41,943 bases of DNA from Alphaproteobacteria bacterium (GTDB lineage: Bacteria > Pseudomonadota > Alphaproteobacteria > RF32 > CAG-239): NCBI GenBank assembly GCA_045590955.1, contig JAZNSB010000027.1:1-41943 (forward strand), read 5' to 3'. A program made the position numbers and the translations under genes. The notes under the pieces were generated by a model. The model saw nothing but the letters and a program-made list of their open reading frames with translations. It ran no database searches and had not been told where the DNA came from. This document shows, in pieces, positions 1 through 8,455 of the stretch; positions within the stretch are counted from its first letter, which is position 1; each line of letters starts with the position of its first letter.

Positions 1-125
1 CTGGCTTCACATCAGAAAGTCCTTGTTTTTATTTTGTTATTGCATATTAGACAAAAATATGGCATAATAAATATAGGCATTGGATTTAAATGTTCGGTTT
101 AACACAATATTTTAGGAGATGCAAT

Positions 126-851
126 ATGTCGTTAGGTAATAATATAGATTATGCAAATTTACATACTCAAAGTGAAGAAGATTTAATAAGATTGGGATTA
201 AGAAAATATGATAAAGGCTTATTTCTTTTTCCAGAAAGCTTTTTTAACGACATTCCAGAAGGAATGGTTTTAACAACCATACTTGGAGAAAAAAGACGCT
301 TTCACAGAGGATTTGATACTGATACCAGATTTGGATGTTTGGCTTATGGTGTAAATATATTGGATTCAGAACATAATAAATCAGACTATGATGAGGCAAA
401 AACTTTTGATGAATACTTTACTGGATATAAAAACTATGATGATGGTGGCAAATTAGACCAAGGGATAATTGTTGATGCAAAGAAAGTATTTGAAGCATTA
501 AAGACACCTGAAGCAATTCAAGCTTTTATCAAAGCAGATTACAAAGAACAGGTGCAAATGGTTAGTGGTTTAGATGATGGACACTCTGCTTTTAGTTTTG
601 GATGTGTTTGTCATTGTGCGTTGAAATATGCTAATTATATTAAACTCGTTGCTGAAGAAAAAGAATTAGCAGCAAAATACGATGAATATTTAGCTCTTCA
701 TACAACCAATAGATTAGCTGCAACACGAAAAAGATTAGCAGGTAAAATTGATGATAAATTAGGAACTAATCTATCTGATATTAAACTTCCTAAAACAATA
801 AAAAATATTGAAGCAAAAATTTCAAAACATTTTGATAAGTCTGGTCGTTAA
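126..851 (+). CDS. hypothetical protein with basic C-terminal tail
   Basis: ORF 90..851; AGGAG at 114-118 favours ATG 126; ends ...KHFDKSGR. Confidence 0.75.
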   Translation: MSLGNNIDYANLHTQSEEDLIRLGLRKYDKGLFLFPESFFNDIPEGMVLTTILGEKRRFHRGFDTDTRFGCLAYGVNILDSEHNKSDYDEAKTFDEYFTGYKNYDDGGKLDQGIIVDAKKVFEALKTPEAIQAFIKADYKEQVQMVSGLDDGHSAFSFGCVCHCALKYANYIKLVAEEKELAAKYDEYLALHTTNRLAATRKRLAGKIDDKLGTNLSDIKLPKTIKNIEAKISKHFDKSGR

Positions 852-884
852 ATATAATTTGTAAATCATACTTTAACTTAGGGC

Positions 885-1012
885 AATAACAAAAAACTTA
901 GGATTTGAAATTAAAGGCTAATTTATGAATATGTAACAAGCTGAAGAAAGAGTTGTTTTTTGTGCGTAAAGAATGTAATAAAAACCCCTCACAACATAAA
1001 AATTGTGAGGGG
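885..1012. repeat. intergenic repeat A, contiguous copy
   Basis: 885-924 identical to 2382-2421; 921-1012 matches 3058-3149 with ~4 mismatches. Confidence 0.95.
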
Positions 1013-1016
1013 TTTT
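981..1016. terminator. bidirectional intrinsic terminator
   Basis: aaaacccctcacaa-N8-ttgtgaggggtttt between convergent genes. Confidence 0.85.
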
Positions 1017-1125
1017 AATTAAGCCAAAATGTTACTCTGAATAGTTCAAGTAGGTAATATTTTTGCCAAATTTAACAGAGCGTGATGTTATTAATCCTAT
1101 TGCACATAACACAAAGTTTTTAAAT

Positions 1126-1500
1126 TTATATTTTATGCACACTATCTGTATCTACGTTATTATAATAACAAGATACAACTTCATCAAGATTGGTTGTTGA
1201 TGTAATACGGAGTTTTTTGTTATTAAATACAGCACGCACAGGTAGTTTAATAAAAGTGCTTAAAATTTTCATCTCTCGTAAAACATCAGAAAGCTCCGAA
1301 CCCGAATATGGCTCAATAATCACCTCATGGAAAGTTTTAGGTCCATTACTGCTATTATTGTGAAGTTTTTGTTGTTTCTTCAATTCCTCGCCTTTTTTCA
1401 GTAGTTTACCAAAATTTTTTAACAACCCACTGAAAATTACAACAAATACGATAACGCAAAAAGCAATCACTGTCCAAAAAATAATTTTTTCTGTTTCCAT
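1126..1500 (-). CDS. small single-pass membrane protein
   Basis: N-terminal hydrophobic run IIFWTVIAFCVIVFVVIF followed by Lys-rich segment. Confidence 0.75.
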   Translation of the reverse strand: METEKIIFWTVIAFCVIVFVVIFSGLLKNFGKLLKKGEELKKQQKLHNNSSNGPKTFHEVIIEPYSGSELSDVLREMKILSTFIKLPVRAVFNNKKLRITSTTNLDEVVSCYYNNVDTDSVHKI

Positions 1501-1534
1501 AACATAAAATTTTAACGGTTATTTACTTTTTTGT

Positions 1535-1750
1535 TTATTCTATCACATCATTGCCTTTATACTTGTCGGCAATTCTTTTTGCAAATTCATTGTTAACAAT
1601 TTTTTGTTGAACGTCTTTTCTGTGTTTATTTACACGCTTGTTTTCTTTATAAAAAGTCACAAAAAAACAAACAATACAAACAACAACCATCGTTAAAGGA
1701 ATAATAAATTCCCAAGAGGTCTCTTTAATAAAATCAATAACTTTTTCCAT
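1535..1750 (-). CDS. small single-pass membrane protein
   Basis: 71 aa, TM FIIPLTMVVVCIVCFFVTFY then basic tail; sits downstream of repeat B promoter motif. Confidence 0.7.
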   Translation of the reverse strand: MEKVIDFIKETSWEFIIPLTMVVVCIVCFFVTFYKENKRVNKHRKDVQQKIVNNEFAKRIADKYKGNDVIE

Positions 1751-1800
1751 ACTTTATAATATTTAAATAGTTTAACATCATAATTTTTAACAGTGGGTGG

Positions 1801-1829
1801 ATGGTAATCTATTTGATTATAAAAATCAA
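1801..1829 (-). promoter_or_regulatory. sigma70-like promoter in repeat B (also 2148-2175 and 3594-3621)
   Basis: minus strand TTGATT-17-TACCAT; copies 2 and 3 TTGATT-16-TAACAT. Confidence 0.5.
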
Positions 1830-1869
1830 ATGTTTTTACGTCTAATTTTCGGAAAAATTGGTTTGTGTG

Positions 1870-1909
1870 ATAAAAAATAGCGTTTGCTGGTTAGGTTGCA
1901 AACGCTATT
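1870..1909 (-). terminator. intrinsic terminator of repeat B copy 1
   Basis: aatagcgtttgc/gcaaacgctatt stem followed by a U-tract on the minus strand. Confidence 0.85.
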
Positions 1910-1935
1910 AAACTTGTGGGGTCCTTGTTTTTCAT
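1891..1935 (-). CDS. micro-ORF MKNKDPTSLIAFAT
   Basis: manual translation; frame conserved in 3 repeat copies. Confidence 0.5.
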   Translation of the reverse strand: MKNKDPTSLIAFAT

Positions 1936-1964
1936 AGTGTTGTTAATTTAGAGAGTTGGCTAAC

Positions 1965-2102
1965 TTATTTACTTTTTTTGATTTCTTCGATTTGTTTATT
2001 TATCTCAGCAAATTGCTCTTCTTGCATACGAGCAAAAGCAATGCAGAAAGCGATAACCACTACTATGGTGAGACCACCTAAACAATAAGCAACTATTTCC
2101 AT
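1965..2102 (-). CDS. 45-aa single-pass membrane protein (not in ORF track)
   Basis: MEIVAYCLGGLTIVVVIAFCIAFARMQEEQFAEINKQIEEIKKSK*; same position relative to repeat B as the other cassette genes. Confidence 0.7.
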   Translation of the reverse strand: MEIVAYCLGGLTIVVVIAFCIAFARMQEEQFAEINKQIEEIKKSK

Positions 2103-2119
2103 AATATATACATTTTTAA

Positions 2120-2325
2120 TTAAACATAATTAATTTTATTGGTGTTGATGTTAATCTTTTTTTTGAAAAAATCAAATGTTTTTACGTCTAAATTTTGGGA
2201 AAAATTGGTTTGTGTGATAAAAAATACCGTTTGCAGGTTAGGTTGCAAACGGTATTAAACTTGTGTGGTCCTTGTTTTTCATAGTGTTGTTAATTTAGAG
2301 AGTTGGCTAACTTATTTACTTTTTG
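2120..2325. repeat. intergenic repeat B copy 2
   Basis: left part matches 3566 onward, right part matches 1821-1979; terminator stem 2223-2256. Confidence 0.95.
2238..2282 (-). CDS. micro-ORF MKNKDHTSLIPFAT
   Basis: manual translation. Confidence 0.5.
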   Translation of the reverse strand: MKNKDHTSLIPFAT

Positions 2326-2381
2326 GGTTACTTGTTTTGCTTAAGAAGTTATTGGTTATGCTTCATTGTCTTTTGGAATAT

Positions 2382-2421
2382 AATAACAAAAAACTTAGGA
2401 TTTGAAATTAAAGGCTAATTT
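2382..2421. repeat. repeat A left half
   Basis: 40 bp identical to 885-924. Confidence 0.95.
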
Positions 2422-2519
2422 TATTCATGCATTTTGGAAAATATAAAAATTAATTTGATATTCTGTTAAAAAATGTTGCAATATATTATGGTAGTGAAGA
2501 ATGAAAATAAGGTGACTAA

Positions 2520-3065
2520 ATGAAAAAACATTTTTATTTTTTTAGACATGGGCAAACAAATGAAAACCAATTAGGAAAAAGGGAAGGAACAGGTATTGAT
2601 TCATTCTTGACTGATACCGGTAAGATGCAGGCATTGAAATTGGCAGATTTTTTGGCAGATAAACATTTGGATGTGATTTATTCAAGTCCGTTTAAAAGAG
2701 CAATTGATACAGCTCAGATAGTTGCATCAAAATATAAAAGTATAGATATTTTAACAGATGAATGCTTATCTGAAATTGCTTTTGGTTTTTGGAATATTGA
2801 AGATGCTAAAAAGCAGGTAAAAATGAACGAAAATTATAATAAGATTAGAATTTGTTTAGAGCAAATTGTGTTATCTGATGAATATAAAAATGTTGCAATA
2901 TCCTCACATGGTGGTGTTACTAGGGCATTGTGTTTTGTTGCTGGAGTTAAAATTGGGATGATTGAAAACTGTCAGTGTTTTCATTTTTTATTTGAAAATG
3001 GTGACTGGAAATATATGGAAGAATTTTCTACTGATATTAAAGTAAATAATGTATCTGATTTGTGA
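2520..3065 (+). CDS. histidine phosphatase (phosphoglycerate mutase-like family)
   Basis: RHGQT, YSSPFKRAIDTA and SHGG motifs. Confidence 0.9.
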   Translation: MKKHFYFFRHGQTNENQLGKREGTGIDSFLTDTGKMQALKLADFLADKHLDVIYSSPFKRAIDTAQIVASKYKSIDILTDECLSEIAFGFWNIEDAKKQVKMNENYNKIRICLEQIVLSDEYKNVAISSHGGVTRALCFVAGVKIGMIENCQCFHFLFENGDWKYMEEFSTDIKVNNVSDL

Positions 3066-3149
3066 ATATGCAACAAGCTGAAGAACGAGTTGTTTTTTGT
3101 GCGTAAAGAATGTAGTAAAAACCCCTCACAACATAAAAATTGTGAGGGG
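3058..3149. repeat. repeat A right half including terminator hairpin 3122-3149
   Basis: matches 921-1012. Confidence 0.95.
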
Positions 3150-3160
3150 GGTAAGAAATT

Positions 3161-3547
3161 CTATATATCTTCTTCAGAAAGAAAATATAGTAATTTACCA
3201 TTAAGTTCAATGCCGACAACTTTTTTCTCTCTTATAGTATAAAAAACTATAATATCACCGCGCTGAGGAATGGTATTTGAATGAGACTGTAGAAAAGCAT
3301 GAGAATCATATGTTAAGATTTGGTAACCACCATTTTCAACAGGTATTACTTCTGTGATTTTTTGTGGTTTACTTTTTATAACTCTTGATCCACATAAATA
3401 ATCTTTTACTTGAGGAGCTTTGTCTTTTTTATTCATAGTACAAAGGTTGCTTTTTTTGCCTTTCTTCTTTTTAAGACCGCTTAATGCTAAAAGTGCTGCT
3501 GAACCACATAGAATGATAACAAGCACAATAAAGAGATAATTATTCAT
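3161..3547 (-). CDS. small membrane-anchored protein
   Basis: N-terminal TM then KKKKGKK; downstream of repeat B copy 3. Confidence 0.75.
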   Translation of the reverse strand: MNNYLFIVLVIILCGSAALLALSGLKKKKGKKSNLCTMNKKDKAPQVKDYLCGSRVIKSKPQKITEVIPVENGGYQILTYDSHAFLQSHSNTIPQRGDIIVFYTIREKKVVGIELNGKLLYFLSEEDI

Positions 3548-3565
3548 AATACATAATATTTTTAG

Positions 3566-3731
3566 TTAAACATAATTAATTTTATTGGTGTTGATGTTAA
3601 TCTTTTTTTTGAAAAAATCAAATGTTTTGTGTCTAATTTTTGGGAAAAATTGTTTTATTTGATAAAAAAACACCGTTTGCAGGTTAGGTTGCAAACGGTG
3701 TTGAATTGGCGGGGTCCTTGTTTTTTTTCAT
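3566..3731. repeat. intergenic repeat B copy 3
   Basis: matches 2120-2282; stem aacaccgtttgc/gcaaacggtgtt at 3669-3702. Confidence 0.93.
3684..3731 (-). CDS. micro-ORF MKKNKDPANSTPFAT
   Basis: 3-nt insertion relative to copies 1 and 2 keeps the frame. Confidence 0.5.
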   Translation of the reverse strand: MKKNKDPANSTPFAT

Positions 3732-3909
3732 GGTCCTGTTTTTTTTAATTTGGTCAAATAAATTTTTTTCAAATCTTTAACAGGTAGGAGCCCGAATTTG
3801 AGCGAATTTTTGGTCTTTCATCTCATCGTTGTTTTTTGGAGATGCTGTCTCTTGAGTTATAGAATGCAGCCCTCCAGGTTCATGTTCATCATAATTGTTA
3901 ACTGAGAGC

Positions 3910-3938
3910 AATGTAGCATATTTTAGGATATGTGTCAA
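3910..3938 (-). promoter_or_regulatory. sigma70 promoter
   Basis: TTGACA-17-TACATT with extended -10 TG. Confidence 0.7.
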
Positions 3939-3978
3939 GACAAAAAATGACAAAATTTTATATTTTTATCCGATATTA

Positions 3979-4560
3979 TTATTCAATGCAGCAATCTACG
4001 GCTTTTTTTACAAAAGCTTTCATTTTTGCAAGAGCACCTGATGGAGCTTCAGTTTTTTGTGTTTGCTCTGCAATTGGCATGGCTTTTTCAATTTTTTCTG
4101 ACAGAACTTTGATGTCTTCTTGTTTGTCTTGAAGCCATTTTACATCATCTACATTGAGCATATTCATATTTAACCCCCAAAACAGGCAGTATAAATCATA
4201 TGCCTGATTAAACAGTTTATATGCTTCTTGTTTGTTGCCAAGGCTTTGTTGTTTTGTGCCAACTTCCATTAAGCGCATTGAACTGGCTAAAAGGTGTTTG
4301 GAAATGCACCAAACTTCACCTTCATAGGCGGGGATGACTTTTAACATTAAATTCTTGCGAAGTTCTCTGATGTCTTGAACAAGATCATAAAAAGAATTTT
4401 TGCCGGTTTTTGCTCCGGAAAAGATAAGATGTTCTTCAATTGAAATGAGATTCATAATAGCAATGGTAAGATCTTGGTCAGATGATAGATCTTTGGGGTT
4501 TACCTTTTTTTTAGAATCTAATTTTTCTACAAAGTCTTTTACATTATCTATCTTTTTCAT
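3979..4560 (-). CDS. hypothetical helical protein ending in CC
   Basis: 193-aa ORF with IEEHL and WCISKHLL segments and terminal DCCIE. Confidence 0.8.
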   Translation of the reverse strand: MKKIDNVKDFVEKLDSKKKVNPKDLSSDQDLTIAIMNLISIEEHLIFSGAKTGKNSFYDLVQDIRELRKNLMLKVIPAYEGEVWCISKHLLASSMRLMEVGTKQQSLGNKQEAYKLFNQAYDLYCLFWGLNMNMLNVDDVKWLQDKQEDIKVLSEKIEKAMPIAEQTQKTEAPSGALAKMKAFVKKAVDCCIE

Positions 4561-4644
4561 GTTAATGTCCCTTATGTCTTTTATATTTGAATTGTATTAT
4601 ATTTCAGCTTGTTTAATTTGCAATTGCTTTGCAAAAGTTATCAG

Positions 4645-6438
4645 CTAAAATTGTTCTTCTTTTATTTTAATTTCAAGCCAGCGGTTTTCAAGGGTTTCTT
4701 TTTCTTGTTTTAACTGTTCCAGTAAAATGGCGGTTTTATCAAACTTTTGCGGGTCTGTTTGAAACAAATCGGGATTGCTTAAAATTTGTTCTGCATTTGA
4801 GATGTTTTTTTCAAGCTCTGCCATTTTGTCATTGAAAGTGTTGAGTATGTATTGTTCGTTAAAACTTAATTTTTTGCTTTTGTTTTTAATTGGTTCTGAA
4901 TCTTTTTCTTTGTTTTTCTTTTTTGTGTCAGATGGTGTTGCAGGTTTTATTTTTTCCAATAAATCAGTATATTTGCCAACGTGTTCTTGGATGGTGCCGT
5001 TGCCGGACATATATAAAACAGAGCCGGCGACGTTGTCTAAAAAATCTCTGTCGTGGCTTACAATTAAAATGGTGCCTGTATATTGAGTTAATACGTCTTG
5101 CAATAATTCAAGAGTGTCCATATCCAAATCATTGGTGGGTTCATCTAAAACCAAAAAGTTTGATTCTTTGGACAATGCTAAAGCAAGCATTAATCTGTTT
5201 TTTTCTCCGCCGGAAAGAGAACTTACCGGGCATTGAGCTTGTTCCGGTTTAAATAAAAAATCTTTTAAATATGCAACAACATGTCTGAAATGCCCCCTTA
5301 CATAAATATGATCTCCTTCATTGCAAAGAGTTTTCCATAATGTCTTTTTGGGGTCTAATTCTATTCTGTTTTGGTCAAAATATGCTTCTTGCAAATTTTT
5401 TGCAATTCTTACCCACCCGCTGTCAGGTTCAAGACGTTTGGTTAAAAGTTTTATCAGTGTTGTTTTGCCGGAACCGTTGGGACCGACAATGCCGATTTTG
5501 TTTCCTTTGATGATTTTAATGCTGAAATCTTTTACTATTTCTTTTTCGCCAAAAGATTTGCAGATGTGTTTGGCGTCAATAATGAGTTTTGAACGAATAT
5601 CGCCTTCGGCAATTTCAAGATTGACACTTCCAATTTGTTTAATTTGTTCTTTTCTTTCTGCCCTTAAAGCCTCAAGACGTCTTAATCTGCCTTGGTTGCG
5701 TTTTCTTCTGGCGGTTACTCCTTTGTGTAACCATTGCATTTCTTCATCAATTTGTTTGTTTAGATGTTTTTGGGCAATAATTTCTTGTTCTATTACCTGG
5801 TCTTGCCAATCTTCAAAATATGCAAAGCCTCTTTGAGAGTATCTTAAAAAACCTCTGTCAAGCCAAAAAGACCTGCCGGTGATGCTCTTTAAAAAAGCTT
5901 TGTCGTGTGAAATTATGACCACGGCTCCTTTGAAATTTTTTATGATGTTTTCTAAAATTTCTATGGTGGATATGTCCAGATGGTTGGTGGGTTCATCTAA
6001 AAGCAAAATGTCCGGTTCGCAGACCAATGCTTTGGCAAGAGCTGCTTTTCTGCATTCTCCACCGGAAGAGGTTTTTGGTGAAGAGTGGGCGGAAATGCCT
6101 AACAAATCAATTAATTTATCGGCTTTAAATGAATTTGTTTTGTCTTCTTGTTCAAGTCCCGATAAAACAACGTCTTTTAGAGTGTTGTATTTGCTCAAAT
6201 CAGGTTCTTGAGGCATATATGAAATTTTTGTGCCCGGTTGTATGAAAATTTGGGCATCGTCAGCTTCTATGACGCCGGCAATTACTTTCAGTAATGTTGA
6301 TTTGCCGGAACCATTGCGTCCGATAAGGCATATTTTATCGCCTTTGTTAATAGAAAATTCCACATCGGTAAACAGAGGTTTTATGCCAAAATTTACCGAT
6401 GCGTTTTTTATGGTATATATGGGTGCTATATTTACCAT
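4645..6438 (-). CDS. uup: ABC-F family ATPase, Uup-like
   Basis: two Walker A motifs ([16 protein letters not shown]), LDEPTN twice, [12 protein letters not shown] linker, C-terminal coiled coil. Confidence 0.9.
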   Translation of the reverse strand: MVNIAPIYTIKNASVNFGIKPLFTDVEFSINKGDKICLIGRNGSGKSTLLKVIAGVIEADDAQIFIQPGTKISYMPQEPDLSKYNTLKDVVLSGLEQEDKTNSFKADKLIDLLGISAHSSPKTSSGGECRKAALAKALVCEPDILLLDEPTNHLDISTIEILENIIKNFKGAVVIISHDKAFLKSITGRSFWLDRGFLRYSQRGFAYFEDWQDQVIEQEIIAQKHLNKQIDEEMQWLHKGVTARRKRNQGRLRRLEALRAERKEQIKQIGSVNLEIAEGDIRSKLIIDAKHICKSFGEKEIVKDFSIKIIKGNKIGIVGPNGSGKTTLIKLLTKRLEPDSGWVRIAKNLQEAYFDQNRIELDPKKTLWKTLCNEGDHIYVRGHFRHVVAYLKDFLFKPEQAQCPVSSLSGGEKNRLMLALALSKESNFLVLDEPTNDLDMDTLELLQDVLTQYTGTILIVSHDRDFLDNVAGSVLYMSGNGTIQEHVGKYTDLLEKIKPATPSDTKKKNKEKDSEPIKNKSKKLSFNEQYILNTFNDKMAELEKNISNAEQILSNPDLFQTDPQKFDKTAILLEQLKQEKETLENRWLEIKIKEEQF

Positions 6439-7443
6439 TTATTTATTTAAATACCAATCAACCGTTTTTATAATGCCGGTGTCAAAATTTTCATCTGCTT
6501 TCCAGCCAAGTTGATTTTCTAGTTTGGTGGCATCTATTGCATAACGAAAATCATGACCGGCTCTGTCTGCAACAAAAGTAATTAAGTCTGCATATTTGCC
6601 TGATTTTCTGGGTTTCCTTTCATCCAAAATTTTGCATATTGTGTGCACAATTTCAAGGTTGTTGCGCTCATTTCTGCCACCTACGTTGTATGTTTCTCCT
6701 GATTTGCCTTCATGATAGATTAAATCTATGGCTTTGCAGTGGTCTAAAACATATAACCAATCTCTGATGTTGGTGCCTTTGCCATAAATGGGCAGAGGCT
6801 GTTCCGCCAAAGCTTGTTTGATGATGTGAGGTATCAATTTTTCGTGATGTTGCTTGGGACCATAGTTGTTTGAGCAATTTGAAGTGGTTACATTCATACC
6901 AAATGTGTGATGATATGCTCTTACCAAAAAGTCTGAACTTGCCTTGCTGGCAGAATATGGAGAGTTTGGGGCATATGGTGTGGTTTCTGTAAACATGCCT
7001 TCTTCTCCAAGAGCACCATATACTTCATCTGTGGAGATATGATGAAAACGACAATTTTCATATCCTGTTTTGAATACAGAAGGTTTTTCCATCCAATGTC
7101 TGCGAGCTGTGTCTAAAAGATTGAATGTGCCCAAAACGTTGGTGTTGATGAATGCTTTTGGACCTTTGATGGAATTGTCAACATGGCTTTCTGCTGCAAA
7201 GTGAATTACACCTTTAATGTCATATTTTGTAAAAATTTCTTCAATCAGAGCTTCATCGCAAATATCTCCTTGGATGAATGTGTAGTTTGGCATGTTTTCA
7301 CACTCTTTGAGATTTTCAAGATTGCCAGCATAGGTTAATTTGTCTAACATGACAATGTGATATTGGGCATATTTTTCCGTGAAATATGGCACAAAATTTG
7401 AACCGATAAATCCGGCTCCTCCGGTTACTAAAATAGACTTCAT
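6439..7443 (-). CDS. rfbB: dTDP-glucose 4,6-dehydratase
   Basis: TGGAGFIGSNF, HFAAESHVD, STDEVYG, PYSASKA. Confidence 0.97.
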   Translation of the reverse strand: MKSILVTGGAGFIGSNFVPYFTEKYAQYHIVMLDKLTYAGNLENLKECENMPNYTFIQGDICDEALIEEIFTKYDIKGVIHFAAESHVDNSIKGPKAFINTNVLGTFNLLDTARRHWMEKPSVFKTGYENCRFHHISTDEVYGALGEEGMFTETTPYAPNSPYSASKASSDFLVRAYHHTFGMNVTTSNCSNNYGPKQHHEKLIPHIIKQALAEQPLPIYGKGTNIRDWLYVLDHCKAIDLIYHEGKSGETYNVGGRNERNNLEIVHTICKILDERKPRKSGKYADLITFVADRAGHDFRYAIDATKLENQLGWKADENFDTGIIKTVDWYLNK

Positions 7444-8366
7444 GCTACTTCTCCGTAAAATATTTCATTTTCTCCGTAAAATATTTCATTTTTTTCACGG
7501 TATACTTTTTCAAGGTATGTTTTGTAGTTACCGGGGTGTAGCTCATTTATAATGGCCAAAAGTTGGTTGTCATCAATGAACCCTCTCTTATAGGCAATTT
7601 CTTCTATGCAGGCAATTTTTAGACCCTGACGTTGTTCTATAATTTGAACAAACAATGATGAATCCACTAAGCTGTCCGGTGTTCCGGCATCAAGCCATGC
7701 ATTGCCGCGTTTCATGGGTACAACACTCATTCTTCCTTCTTTGAGGTAAAGATTGTTTAAATCTGTGATTTCAATCTCTCCTCTGGCAGAGGGTTTTAAG
7801 TTTTGAGCTTTTTGAACAACATCTGAAGGATAAAAATATAGTCCTACGGAAACATAGTTTGATTTTGGATTTTGAGGTTTTTCTTCAATTGAAATAGCTT
7901 TGAGATTTTGATCAAATTCTACCACGCCAAAACGTGATGGGTTTGATACGTGATATGCAAAAATAGTGGCTTGTTTGCCTTTGTTCCTTTGGACTTCTTC
8001 TTGAAAATAGTGAAATTGATCTCCCATATAAAAAATGTTGTCTCCTAAAATAAGGCAAACGTCGTCATTGCCTATAAAATCTGCTCCAATTGTAAATGCT
8101 TGGGCAATTCCTTTTGGTTCTGGCTGAACGGCATAACTTATGTTTAAGCCGATTTTGTTACCGTTGCCAAATAATTTTTCAATGTTGGGTGTGTCTTGTG
8201 GAGTAGAAATAATCAAAATATCTTTGATTCCAAAAAGCATTAAAGTAGATAACGGATAGTAAATCATTGGTTTGTCATAAACAGGAAGTAACTGTTTTGA
8301 TGTGGTTTTTGTGAGCGGATATAAACGTGTTCCGCTTCCACCGGCAAGAACAATACCTTTCATCAT
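7440..8366 (-). CDS. rfbA: glucose-1-phosphate thymidylyltransferase
   Basis: GIVLAGGSGTRLYP, SKQLLPVYDKPMIYYP, PSARGEIEITD, WLDAGT. Confidence 0.97.
   Translation of the reverse strand: MMKGIVLAGGSGTRLYPLTKTTSKQLLPVYDKPMIYYPLSTLMLFGIKDILIISTPQDTPNIEKLFGNGNKIGLNISYAVQPEPKGIAQAFTIGADFIGNDDVCLILGDNIFYMGDQFHYFQEEVQRNKGKQATIFAYHVSNPSRFGVVEFDQNLKAISIEEKPQNPKSNYVSVGLYFYPSDVVQKAQNLKPSARGEIEITDLNNLYLKEGRMSVVPMKRGNAWLDAGTPDSLVDSSLFVQIIEQRQGLKIACIEEIAYKRGFIDDNQLLAIINELHPGNYKTYLEKVYREKNEIFYGENEIFYGEVA
7449..7490. repeat. perfect 2x21-bp tandem duplication
   Basis: ttctccgtaaaatatttcatt twice; encodes NEIFYGE twice. Confidence 0.95.
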
Positions 8367-8455
8367 AAATCTCCTAAAGTTTTAATACAACGCTTAAAGT
8401 TTAGAGTATATGATATTGTTAGCAAGCATATATTTTGATTTTGTAACAGTTTTTA

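Larger units (their letters stand above)
1821..1979. repeat. intergenic repeat B copy 1
   Basis: near-identical to ~2167-2325 and in part to ~3613-3731. Confidence 0.95.

Noticed and set aside
1072..1107. Micro-ORF MCNRINNITLC* with a leader resembling that of the gene starting at 1500
   Set aside because: Single copy with no conservation evidence; could easily be chance.
1821..3731. Repeat B as a CRISPR array or integron attC sites
   Set aside because: Units are 160-200 bp and irregularly spaced around whole genes; no cas or intI gene, and no attC R-box architecture recognised.
3777..3821. Bona fide RAPP arrest peptide
   Set aside because: The motif is RAPT, lacking the final Pro; kept only as a weak hint.
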